DNA of 64,000 bases from an uncultured Nitrososphaerota archaeon. Lineage in GTDB: Archaea > Thermoproteota > Nitrososphaeria > Nitrososphaerales > Nitrosopumilaceae. Positions 1-9,211 of the stretch are shown piece after piece. The DNA lies in the NCBI GenBank assembly GCA_963824385.1, contig CAWGPD010000004.1:576001-640000 (forward strand). Reading direction: 5' to 3'. The position numbers and the translations under genes were made by a program. How positions within the stretch are numbered: position 1 is the first letter of the stretch; the number at the start of each line of letters is the position of its first letter. The notes beneath the pieces are model-generated. The model did no database searches and was not told the origin of the DNA. It worked only from the letters and a program-made list of their open reading frames with translations.

Positions 1-2207
1 GATTTGCTTAAGACAATAGCGTCTTCAATGTTATAACCATCAAATGGTAATACTGCAACAACACAATTCTGACCAGCAGGTCTATCCTCAAGTCCTAGAA
101 GACCCATTGCTTTTGTATTAACAATTGGAGTCTGCGGATAAAGCATAAGGTGTTGTCTGACATATGTACTTGCATTCATAAGAGGAGTTGAGAAACCGAG
201 GCTTTGTTTTGCCATTGCTGACTCGTATGTATTTCTTGGGGACTGATTATGTTCAGGATATGGAATTATTGATGCACCAGCACCCAAAATTGCAGATGGG
301 AAAACTTCCATGTGAGTGTGTTTCTTGATATCAGTCTCATCAATTGCAATGTAAGAGTTCTCTTCTTCATTAGCATCTACCAATTCAATTATTCCCATAT
401 GCAGCAAATCTGTCCATGAAAGGAATTTTTTACTAACTTTATCAATTAATTCTTGTGTCAAGAGAATTTTATTATCTTTAATTACAATTAGGGGACGGAG
501 TACTCTTCCAGCATTACAGTTAACATAGAGCCTTTTAGTTGATCCCTCAAAACTAGATTGATATAAGAAAATTCCAACGTGTGGATGAATCTTGAAATTT
601 CTTCGGAGATCTCGTAACGAGTCAACAAGTTTTTGTCCATCTTTAAAGTATCCAATTAATCTACCATCAACAAAAACTCTAGTTCCTTCTTTTTTCAATT
701 CATCTTTTGCATCAGATACATAAGTTACGCCCAAGTCATAGAGTTTTTCAATTATATCTTCAGATGGAACGTTAACAGAAATAATTGCTGATAAAGCCAA
801 GTTCTTTACTAGTCCACAATTTGAACCCTCAGGAGTTTCACTTGGGCATATTCTACCAAAGTGTGTAGCATGAAGATCTCTTGCTTCAAAGTTAGGTTGG
901 CTTCTGCTCAAAGGTGACTGGATTCTTCTAAGATGACTAATAGTTGAAAGATAGTTAGTTCTATCAAGAAGCTGAGTTACACCAACTCTACCTCTGCCCC
1001 AATTTCCAGTTGCAATAGCATTATTCATTTTATCAGTAACAATTCCAGGTCTAACAGCAGCTGCTACTGCATTAATGCCCCTCTTCTGACCTGAACGTTC
1101 TAGTTGATATTTCATGTCACGAACCAAGTTTCTAAATGCTGTTCTAAAAAGATCAGCAAGCATTTGACCCGCAAATTTTATGACTTTATTTCCATAATGA
1201 TCTTTATCGTCAGGGGAAATCCAGCCCAACTTTAATTCAATTAATTTACAAGTGGCTTCACCAAGAAAGAGTGCTTTTTCTTTTCTATTATCTGGATGTT
1301 TACCAAGATGTGGAAGAAGACCCCAATCAAGTAATGTCTCAGCTCTCTTGATCTGAAACTCTTCAAGCATACCAGGTGCAATTCTCTTACTAATGTAGAC
1401 AATAGCATCTTTTGCAGTTGGTACATCACCTGATTTTTCAAATGAGCCCTCAAGCTCATCTTGAATATCATCTACTAGAGATACAGAAGCAGCGATTTCT
1501 CTATCAGATTCAAGACCTAATGCTCGCATTAAAGTAACCACGGGAATATCAACAGGGGAACCAGGAATCTTTGCAACAATAAGACCGTCATTTTTCATTA
1601 TCAATTCTAATTTTGCACGATAGCCAACTATAGAAGAATAAACCTTAGCTTTGAAAACAGTATTACCACCAACAGTTTCTTTATCTACAATAATTTTATT
1701 GTAAGAAAGATCTTCGAGTCCTACAATAACTCTCTCTGAACCATTTATGATAAAGTAACCGCCAGGATCGTTTGGATCTTCACCATGTTCTACAAGTTTT
1801 TGTTCAGAAAGATTATGCAATATACAAGCGTTAGATCTTACCATTACTGGCATGTCTCCAATGTGAATGTATCTTGATTCGAGAATTTTTCCATCTTCTA
1901 CAACACTTGCTTCAAGCATTATAGGTGAAGCATATGTGACATTTCTTAATCGTGCTTCCATTGGCGCAATATGAGTAATTGATCCATCCAATTCCATCAT
2001 ACGTGGTTGTTGAAGTTTTACTTTGCCAAGCTGAATTTTATATGGATATTCAGCACTTTCAATTTCAATATGTCCGACTTCATCTATAATACTTTGAAGT
2101 CCTCTCTCAAGAAATTCATCATATGAGTTAAGATGTTGTCTTGCAATTCCTTCTCGCTTTAAAATATCTTGAACAATAGGCCAGCGTTTATTTGAAATAT
2201 TTACCAT
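1..2207 (-). CDS. rpoB: DNA-directed RNA polymerase subunit B (Rpo2), 5' part; runs off the window start
   Basis: Manual translation from ATG at 2207: MVNISNKRWPIVQDILKREGIARQHLNSYDEF...GGYFIINGSERV...DDKDHYGNK...GRICPSETPEGSNCGLVKNLAL. Start overlaps the rpoH stop (TAATG). Missing from the ORF track, presumably because no stop lies in the window. Confidence 0.97.
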   Translation of the reverse strand, partial: MVNISNKRWPIVQDILKREGIARQHLNSYDEFLERGLQSIIDEVGHIEIESAEYPYKIQLGKVKLQQPRMMELDGSITHIAPMEARLRNVTYASPIMLEASVVEDGKILESRYIHIGDMPVMVRSNACILHNLSEQKLVEHGEDPNDPGGYFIINGSERVIVGLEDLSYNKIIVDKETVGGNTVFKAKVYSSIVGYRAKLELIMKNDGLIVAKIPGSPVDIPVVTLMRALGLESDREIAASVSLVDDIQDELEGSFEKSGDVPTAKDAIVYISKRIAPGMLEEFQIKRAETLLDWGLLPHLGKHPDNRKEKALFLGEATCKLIELKLGWISPDDKDHYGNKVIKFAGQMLADLFRTAFRNLVRDMKYQLERSGQKRGINAVAAAVRPGIVTDKMNNAIATGNWGRGRVGVTQLLDRTNYLSTISHLRRIQSPLSRSQPNFEARDLHATHFGRICPSETPEGSNCGLVKNLALSAIISVNVPSEDIIEKLYDLGVTYVSDAKDELKKEGTRVFVDGRLIGYFKDGQKLVDSLRDLRRNFKIHPHVGIFLYQSSFEGSTKRLYVNCNAGRVLRPLIVIKDNKILLTQELIDKVSKKFLSWTDLLHMGIIELVDANEEENSYIAIDETDIKKHTHMEVFPSAILGAGASIIPYPEHNQSPRNTYESAMAKQSLGFSTPLMNASTYVRQHLMLYPQTPIVNTKAMGLLGLEDRPAGQNCVVAVLPFDGYNIEDAIVLSK

Positions 2208-2458
2208 TATTCTTCCACCACGTACCTATAGTATATGCTCTCACCAGCAGTAGGACTCTTTCTTGTAATCTTTATCATATCACCGGGTTTTACTCCCAAA
2301 CCCCTAATTGCTGGATCACTTACGTAAATTAGCGGCATTTCAGTAGGTTTGGTATGATATCTTTCAAGAACTTTCATTGCTTCGTCTTTATTGATTATCT
2401 CATGTTTTGGGACATAGATATGATCTGGAATTAGTATTTTCTCTTTTTTACTTATCAT
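2207..2458 (-). CDS. rpoH: RNA polymerase subunit H (Rpo5)
   Basis: HIYVPKHEII...PLIYVSDPAIRGLGVKPGDMIKITRKSPTAGESIYYRYV; directly upstream of rpoB. Confidence 0.97.
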   Translation of the reverse strand: MISKKEKILIPDHIYVPKHEIINKDEAMKVLERYHTKPTEMPLIYVSDPAIRGLGVKPGDMIKITRKSPTAGESIYYRYVVEE

Positions 2459-2629
2459 GTTTAAAATCTCCTTTCAACATTAGCTGTAAACGCATGACTA
2501 ATCCACAAACTAAGATGCATCCACCGAGAGGTTAATATATATCTAATTCGAAACGTGTCCAATTTAGTACCTTTTGTCAATAATTTTTTCCGCAACTTTA
2601 AATAGCAAAAAAAATCATGCCTATTTAGG

Positions 2630-3529
2630 ATGAGTACACGCTTTAAAGGATTTGCGCTACTTGCGATTCTGCTTTGTGCTGTAGGAGTAATGCCCGTTTT
2701 TGCTTCTCCAGCTCTTATGGCGTATCCAAATGGTGTTATTCCAAATTCTACAAATGCTGGTAATACATCTGGAATTATAACAAGTCCTACATCAACATCT
2801 GCAATCAGTGTAACAACTGACAAGACTTCATACAATGATGGTGATATAATTACAGTGTCAGGAAGTACAATGAACTACATTGATCAACCGGTAGAAATCA
2901 TTGTCAAAAGTCCAATAGGAAACATTGTAAAAGTAGATCAGCTAACATTGGGATCTGATAGAACATTTTCAACAACGTTGAAAGCTACAGGATCTCTCTG
3001 GTCAGCAGCAGGAGTATACACAGTGATGGCATATTTTGGCTCTACTGACACAGCTCAGACAACCTTCCAATTCGCAGGTTCTTCTGCAACTCCACCAACA
3101 CAGGCTCCAACTACTATGCCAGTTGACAATACACAACTTTCTGTACAGTATAGTATAACCAATGGCAAAGTGACTGACATAAAGGCTGACGTACAGTCAA
3201 AGTCGATCATTGTATCAATACAGAGCACTGGGGACGGAGTATTAACCATAACACTCCCAAGAGCACTTATTGATTCACAAAATGGCGGACAAGATGCCCA
3301 ATGGGTGGTATTAAACGACGGTCAACAAAGTACATACACTGAGACAACCACGCCAACCGCTAGAACTCTAACAATTCCATTCGTAAATGGAACTTCAGAA
3401 ATAGAGATAATCGGTACACAGATAATTCCAGAGTTTGGACCAATCGCAGCTCTAGTACTTGCAATTGCAATCATATCAATAATTGCAGTTTCGTCAAAGA
3501 CTGGACTAAGATTTATGCCAAAATACTAG
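2630..3529 (+). CDS. PEFG-CTERM surface protein 1
   Basis: Signal peptide, Ser/Thr-rich beta domains (VTTDKTSYNDGD...; LTITLPRALID), C-terminal PEFG + TM helix + KTGLRFMPKY. Confidence 0.92.
   Translation: MSTRFKGFALLAILLCAVGVMPVFASPALMAYPNGVIPNSTNAGNTSGIITSPTSTSAISVTTDKTSYNDGDIITVSGSTMNYIDQPVEIIVKSPIGNIVKVDQLTLGSDRTFSTTLKATGSLWSAAGVYTVMAYFGSTDTAQTTFQFAGSSATPPTQAPTTMPVDNTQLSVQYSITNGKVTDIKADVQSKSIIVSIQSTGDGVLTITLPRALIDSQNGGQDAQWVVLNDGQQSTYTETTTPTARTLTIPFVNGTSEIEIIGTQIIPEFGPIAALVLAIAIISIIAVSSKTGLRFMPKY
3428..3529 (+). repeat. 102-bp PEFG-CTERM cassette, copy 1 of 6 (others: 4469-4570, 5539-5640, 6987-7088, 7889-7990, 8982-9083)
   Basis: ccagagtttggaccaatcgcagctctagtacttgcaattgcaatcatatcaataattgcagtttc(gt/ag)caaagactggactaagatttatgccaaaatactag. 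Copies 1, 2, 3 and 5 are identical; copies 4 and 6 share a 2-nt variant. Confidence 0.97.
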
Positions 3530-3552
3530 AACCCTCTACTTTTTCATTTTTC
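3530..3552 (+). terminator. Putative oligo-T terminator/3' tail shared by PEFG genes 1-4
   Basis: aaccctctacttt(tt)catt follows the stop codons at 3529, 4570, 5640 and 7088. Confidence 0.5.
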
Positions 3553-3670
3553 AACTATTTTGACTTCAAACTTCTGTAGTTCATCAAATACCTCTAGACA
3601 AAACAATAGATTCAGTACTCAATTAAATTTCCATAAAACTGATAAATATGCGAAAACAAAGATAAATTTG

Positions 3671-4570
3671 TTGAATAAAAGATTAGGCGGATTTGTATTA
3701 TTAGTAATTATATCAAGTGCAGTAGGCATCGGTCCCGTTTTTGCGTCTCCAGCTCTTATGGCGTATCCAAATGGTGTTATTCCAAATTCTACAAATGCTG
3801 GTAATACATCTGGAATTATAACAAGTCCTACATCAACATCTGCAATCAGTGTAACAACTGACAAGACTTCATACAATGATGGTGATACAGTTAAAGTGTC
3901 AGGAAGTACAATGAATTACATTTCTGATCAACCGGTCACTCTCATCATCAAAAGTCCAATAGGAAACATTGTAAGTTTGGCCCAAGTACCTCTAGGTTCT
4001 GATAGAACGTATTCAACAACACTAAAAGCTTCAGGATCTCTCTGGTCAGCAGCAGGTGTATACACAGTCATGGTACAATTTGGCAGTAATGCTAATGCAG
4101 CTCAGACAACCTTCCAATTCGCAGGTTCTTCTGCAACTGCAACACAGGGTCCAACTATGTCAGTTGATGGCACATCACTTTCCGTACAGTATAGCATAAC
4201 CAACGGCAAAGTGACTGACATAAAGGCAAATGTACAATCAAAGTCTATTATTGTGTCGATGAATTCTACTGGGGACGGAGTATTAACCATAACACTCCCA
4301 AGAGCACTTATTGATTCACAAAATGGCGGACAAGATGCCCAATGGGTGGTATTAAACGACGGTCAACAAAGTACATACACTGAGACAACCACGCCAACCG
4401 CTAGAACTCTAACAATTCCATTCACATACGGAACTTCAGAAATAGAGATAATCGGTACACAGATAATTCCAGAGTTTGGACCAATCGCAGCTCTAGTACT
4501 TGCAATTGCAATCATATCAATAATTGCAGTTTCGTCAAAGACTGGACTAAGATTTATGCCAAAATACTAG
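3671..4570 (+). CDS. PEFG-CTERM surface protein 2, close paralogue of protein 1
   Basis: Same architecture. Likely start is TTG at 3671 (MNKRLGGFVLL..., aligning with the protein 1 signal peptide) rather than 3560. Confidence 0.9.
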   Translation: MNKRLGGFVLLVIISSAVGIGPVFASPALMAYPNGVIPNSTNAGNTSGIITSPTSTSAISVTTDKTSYNDGDTVKVSGSTMNYISDQPVTLIIKSPIGNIVSLAQVPLGSDRTYSTTLKASGSLWSAAGVYTVMVQFGSNANAAQTTFQFAGSSATATQGPTMSVDGTSLSVQYSITNGKVTDIKANVQSKSIIVSMNSTGDGVLTITLPRALIDSQNGGQDAQWVVLNDGQQSTYTETTTPTARTLTIPFTYGTSEIEIIGTQIIPEFGPIAALVLAIAIISIIAVSSKTGLRFMPKY

Positions 4571-4720
4571 AACCCTCTACTTTTTCATTAAGGCATTTCT
4601 TCAGAAGATTGTGGAATCAAGATTGAAGGTGATAATAAGTGTATGACCTTGATTTAAAATGCCAGTCAAAAATAAATGCATTAGATCATATTTTTATAAA
4701 AATTAAGTCTCAATTAACAA

Positions 4721-4876
4721 ATGGACGATGATACACTGGCTTATGTGACTATTGGATGTGGTGTACTTATTGCGATTGGTGGATTTTTTATGTTTTCATG
4801 TATGCTTTAGCTCAGTTAGGTTCTTTGGGTGTTAGGTATAGTCGTATCTATAATTGGTGCTTCTAAACTCTTTTAG
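4721..4876 (+). pseudogene. Possible small membrane protein, interrupted
   Basis: ATG 4721 MDDDTLAYVTIGCGVLIAIGGFFMFSCML*, then a second hydrophobic stretch in another frame (LGIVVSIIGASKLF*); sequencing error or decay. Confidence 0.3.
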
Positions 4877-5024
4877 TTCTTTTTTCAAACCCATATGATA
4901 ACCTGCTTAAGATTCCACCTACAAAAACAAGCATTTCATACAAAACCGAAAGCCAATCTGGGATTAATGATCTATGTCCCGACTGGTAACTTGGTCAAGT
5001 TCTGTCCCGAAAGGTACCAGAGTC

Positions 5025-5045
5025 TTTTTTAAATATACATAAATA
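5025..5045 (+). promoter_or_regulatory. Putative TATA-containing promoter, duplicated at 6151-6171
   Basis: ttttttaaatatacataaata ends 25 nt before the ATG of both PEFG genes 3 and 4, which fits leaderless archaeal transcription. Confidence 0.6.
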
Positions 5046-5070
5046 TCCATTCTGCTTAATCGCAAATAAG

Positions 5071-5640
5071 ATGAGTACTCATAAAGAATATGCGTTGATC
5101 GCAATTCTTGCTACAGCAGCTATAGTAGGTATAGTTCCGGCTTTTGCAATGGACAACCCCTACATGGCATGTCCGGACTGTAACGAAACCAGCAACATCC
5201 AACAGCCACAAAAAATACCAATGACAGTAACAACTGACAAACCAGTTTACGATCACAATTCACAAATTATGATCACTGGACATGTTGTAAACCCATTCCC
5301 AGGGCAAGATGTTAGTTTGGAGATAACCAGTCCGACTGGCAATATAGTAACAGTGGCTCAAGTAGCCCCTGATAGCAACGGTGATTTTACTACAACAGTA
5401 AGTACCGTTGGTAATCTATGGCTTGAGAACGGACAATACACAGTAGTAGCACAGCAAGGAGACCAACAAGCAAGAGTGAATTCAGCCGTATTCCAACTCA
5501 CAGGTGTAGCAGTAGGAACACCATCAGCACCAGTAATTCCAGAGTTTGGACCAATCGCAGCTCTAGTACTTGCAATTGCAATCATATCAATAATTGCAGT
5601 TTCGTCAAAGACTGGACTAAGATTTATGCCAAAATACTAG
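5071..5640 (+). CDS. PEFG-CTERM surface protein 3 (single domain, N-terminal CxxC)
   Basis: Signal peptide, MACPDC, one VTTDKPVY-type domain, PEFG-CTERM tail. Confidence 0.9.
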   Translation: MSTHKEYALIAILATAAIVGIVPAFAMDNPYMACPDCNETSNIQQPQKIPMTVTTDKPVYDHNSQIMITGHVVNPFPGQDVSLEITSPTGNIVTVAQVAPDSNGDFTTTVSTVGNLWLENGQYTVVAQQGDQQARVNSAVFQLTGVAVGTPSAPVIPEFGPIAALVLAIAIISIIAVSSKTGLRFMPKY

Positions 5641-6196
5641 AACCCTCTACTTTTTCATTTTTTAAGAAATTTTCAGTACATGAGAACATCAACAAAATTT
5701 AGATTGCAATTCAGAATGGCAATAACTAATACCACAATTCATAATCCAAGTATGCCATAGTTTGTAGAATCATAAAGCATGATAAATGCAATGTCATGTA
5801 TCATATATCATTTAAAAATAAATGAAAAGATGTCTCAGAATACACATGCATGTTGTAAAAAAAATATAATATATGAAGATCGGTTCATCGAAGTCAATTC
5901 TAAAACATATTGTATAGATTCAAGCACATCAATTACAACAAAATATGTTTTAGAATTTTCAAGTACAGTACGAGAACAAACTACAAGAAAATCACATAAT
6001 CAAAAATTATTTGCCATAGATCCAAATATAAAATCAAACCTCAGATGAAAAAAGGCTCATTTGAAAAGATGAGTTGTCACATTTCAAATTAACAAACTTG
6101 ATTCATATTAGATCGCCAAGATAACCAAGTCTCTACTAGATAACAGAATTTTTTTTAAATATACATAAATAGTCTTGCTTCTTAATCGCAAATAAG

Positions 6197-7088
6197 ATGA
6201 GTACTCATAAAGAATATGCGTTGATCGCAATTCTTGCTACAGCAGCTGATAATAGGCATTCTGCCAGCATTTGCTCAATCAGCAGCAGATTCAAGCCAAA
6301 TCAGCTCTGGTCCCGGGTCTCAACAAATCCTGCCAATCACAGTGTCAACAGACAAAGGTGTTTATGACAGACAGTCAACAGTAATTGTTACAGGACATGT
6401 CCTAAATGCAATAGGTGGAGAGACTGTCACAATGAAAGTTTCTGATCCATCAGGAAACGTTGTACAAGTAAATCAGATAACATTGAGCAGTAATGGCGAC
6501 TATGAAGCTAAAATCAACACTTCAAGTCCATTATGGTCTGCAGGTGGAACATACACCATTTATGTTCAAGCAGGAGCTCAACAAGGATTACTTTCAACAA
6601 CAACACAGTTTACAGTTTCTGGCGGAGTAGAGACGACATCAGCTACTAGTTGTACACCACAACAGCTTTCAATTACAGTAGATACCAATCTGTACTGTAT
6701 AGATTACAGTATTAATGGAGGAACTGTTTCTGGAATAACAGCGGACCACACATCTAAGAGTCTTGTTGTTGCAATACAAGCAACTAACGACGGCAACATC
6801 ACTCTTAACATTCCAAGATCCGTCTTAGATGCAAAAAGCGGTACAATGGACAGCTCCTTTGTAGTCCTACTTGATGGTGAACAAACATTGCAGTTTACAG
6901 ACTCACCTACTACAGACACAAGGAATATCACAATTCCATTCCATGCAGAATCTGAGAAGATTGAGATAATCGGTACACAGGTAGTTCCAGAGTTTGGACC
7001 AATCGCAGCTCTAGTACTTGCAATTGCAATCATATCAATAATTGCAGTTTCAGCAAAGACTGGACTAAGATTTATGCCAAAATACTAG
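6197..7088 (+). CDS. PEFG-CTERM surface protein 4 (+1 frameshift near 6248)
   Basis: ATG 6197 reads MSTHKEYALIAILATAA, identical to protein 3. An extra G at 6248 shifts into the ORF-track frame 6234..7088, which ends in PEFG-CTERM. Confidence 0.88.
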
Positions 7089-7156
7089 AACCCTCTACTT
7101 TCATTTTTTATCATCAACATAGTAAAGGAAATATACAACTAAAAGACAAGTCCGAT

Positions 7157-7990
7157 ATGCGTTATTTAGCAATTTTAATCATGTTGTTTTTCCTAAGTTC
7201 TGCACTATCAATTCCCATTTTGGCACAATCATCGGCTCCAGCAGCACCACTAATTACAATGAATACGGACAAATCATCATATACACTTGGTGATACAATT
7301 GTGATCTCAGGCGCTGTACAATCAGTAGTACCTGGAACTCCTTTAACTATTCAGATATTAGATCCAACAAACAGTCTTGTTCAAGTGGCACAGATTGATG
7401 TGTCACAAGATGGCAAGTATACAGATACTATCAAAGCTGTAGGAGTATTATGGAAAGTAAATGGAGCATATACAGTCAAGGTTCAATATGGCCCTTCAAA
7501 TGTATCCTCACAGGCTACATTTAATTTCCAAAGTTCAGTCACCCCTACAAGTAATGTATTTGCTCTCAAAGATCCCAACAGTCAACAAACTTTCAACGTA
7601 AATTACACCATAAGCGGAGGTACTGTTAAAACCATGACAATAGATACGCAGAGCCTATCGGTAATTGTATCAGTAAATTCCACCAGTGATGGAACCATTA
7701 CAGTACAACTACCAAGGACTTTGATTGATGCAAAGACAAATTCAGGTCAAGATGACGCATTCATAATACTCATAGATGGTGCTGAAGTAAAACCACAAAG
7801 CGAATCTTCAGATAATAATTTCAGAACCCTAACCATCCAGTTCTTACAAGGAGATCAAGATATAGAGATAATCGGTACACAGATAATTCCAGAGTTTGGA
7901 CCAATCGCAGCTCTAGTACTTGCAATTGCAATCATATCAATAATTGCAGTTTCGTCAAAGACTGGACTAAGATTTATGCCAAAATACTAG
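7157..7990 (+). CDS. PEFG-CTERM surface protein 5
   Basis: Signal peptide, two beta-rich domains, PEFG-CTERM tail. Confidence 0.92.
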   Translation: MRYLAILIMLFFLSSALSIPILAQSSAPAAPLITMNTDKSSYTLGDTIVISGAVQSVVPGTPLTIQILDPTNSLVQVAQIDVSQDGKYTDTIKAVGVLWKVNGAYTVKVQYGPSNVSSQATFNFQSSVTPTSNVFALKDPNSQQTFNVNYTISGGTVKTMTIDTQSLSVIVSVNSTSDGTITVQLPRTLIDAKTNSGQDDAFIILIDGAEVKPQSESSDNNFRTLTIQFLQGDQDIEIIGTQIIPEFGPIAALVLAIAIISIIAVSSKTGLRFMPKY

Positions 7991-8057
7991 AACTGAAAGT
8001 CAAATTTTTTTTTATCAATACATAAATACTCTAGATCCTGAGTATTTGCTAGCAGGC

Positions 8058-9083
8058 ATGAGAAGACAAAATATCTTTATTATATCATTATTAATCATAA
8101 CAGTGTTTTTGGCACCAATCGGTTTGCCAGCTTTTGGACAGAACGCAACAGTATCGCCGCCATCTAACGCAGGACCAGTAAATCCAAAGTTATTAGAAAA
8201 TACAACAACGGCTTACCAATACTTGCAAGCAGAAGCTAATGCAACTGGACTTTCAGATGTTAAAACACAGTTACAACCTTTGAATGTTACGACAAATTTA
8301 CCGACATATAACCAAGGGGATAAAATCGTCATGTCGGGTTATGTGAGAGACATACAGAATGGAACCGATGTATCAGTCATAGTTTTCAATCCAACAAAGA
8401 GCATGGTTTCAATAGGTCAATTACCAGTCACTTCAAGCGGTAGTTTTACTCAAACATTTCTAGCAACTGGACCACTTTGGACAACTGCAGGAACTTATAC
8501 TATATTAGCACAGTACGGACCTGACACAAATGTAACCAAGACATTCCAATATAGTGGCGGAACTGGAACAGCTACAATAGCACAATCAATCACTTCAACA
8601 TACAATTTACAATCAGGAAGTCAAAGTTATAGCATACCATATACCATCCAAGGAGCCACTGTTACTAGCATGAGTGTTTTGGCATCCACATACACATTAC
8701 AGATTAATCTAAGTCCTGCCACAGCAGCTGGTTCAATATCAGTCACCCTACCACGTGCGTTGATAGATGCAAAGACATTACCTCCGGTAAATCCTGATGC
8801 CAATTTAACAAAAGGAGTAGCAGCATCTACTGGTCCATTACCAGATACTAATTTCATAGTTACAATAGGTGGTAAGGCAGTTACACCGGCCAGCGATGTT
8901 AGGGGCCCAACTACCAGAACACTCAGTATTCCATTCAATGCAGGTGACAGTACAATTGACATTGTTGGAACAATAATAGTTCCAGAGTTTGGACCAATCG
9001 CAGCTCTAGTACTTGCAATTGCAATCATATCAATAATTGCAGTTTCAGCAAAGACTGGACTAAGATTTATGCCAAAATACTAG
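8058..9083 (+). CDS. PEFG-CTERM surface protein 6
   Basis: Signal peptide from ATG 8058 (ORF track starts at TTG 8046), two domains with insertions, PEFG-CTERM tail. Confidence 0.9.
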   Translation: MRRQNIFIISLLIITVFLAPIGLPAFGQNATVSPPSNAGPVNPKLLENTTTAYQYLQAEANATGLSDVKTQLQPLNVTTNLPTYNQGDKIVMSGYVRDIQNGTDVSVIVFNPTKSMVSIGQLPVTSSGSFTQTFLATGPLWTTAGTYTILAQYGPDTNVTKTFQYSGGTGTATIAQSITSTYNLQSGSQSYSIPYTIQGATVTSMSVLASTYTLQINLSPATAAGSISVTLPRALIDAKTLPPVNPDANLTKGVAASTGPLPDTNFIVTIGGKAVTPASDVRGPTTRTLSIPFNAGDSTIDIVGTIIVPEFGPIAALVLAIAIISIIAVSAKTGLRFMPKY

Positions 9084-9211
9084 AACAAAATTAATTTTTT
9101 AAAAATATTTTTCATATAATACTAAAAAAGAATCAATTAGCACATCGGTTATTTTAATAAATTCCATATCAATATCATAGATTATTATACAAGAATAAAT
9201 AAAGACATACA

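Noticed and set aside
1241..1471. 76-aa minus-strand ORF
   Set aside because: Out-of-frame ORF inside rpoB
3458..3490. Palindrome ttgcaattgcaa and a possible hairpin inside the cassette as a recombinase site or RNA element
   Set aside because: Explained by Leu-Ala-Ile-Ala-Ile codons; with identical copies there is no covariation evidence
2630..4570. Diversity-generating retroelement TR/VR pair
   Set aside because: Differences between copies are not adenine-specific, include indels, and no reverse transcriptase is in the window
5779..6048. 89-aa ORF in the PEFG spacer
   Set aside because: Very AT-rich, no motif, signal or recognisable family; likely spurious
2461..9028. Repeated minus-strand ORFs (MYEVLSVV..., MVNTPSPV..., MIAIASTRAAIGPNSG...)
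   Set aside because: Antisense shadows of the PEFG genes; they recur only because the sense DNA is repeated
3428..9083. Regularly recurring identical repeats as a CRISPR array
   Set aside because: Repeats are 102 bp, protein-coding and about 0.9-1.45 kb apart; no cas genes
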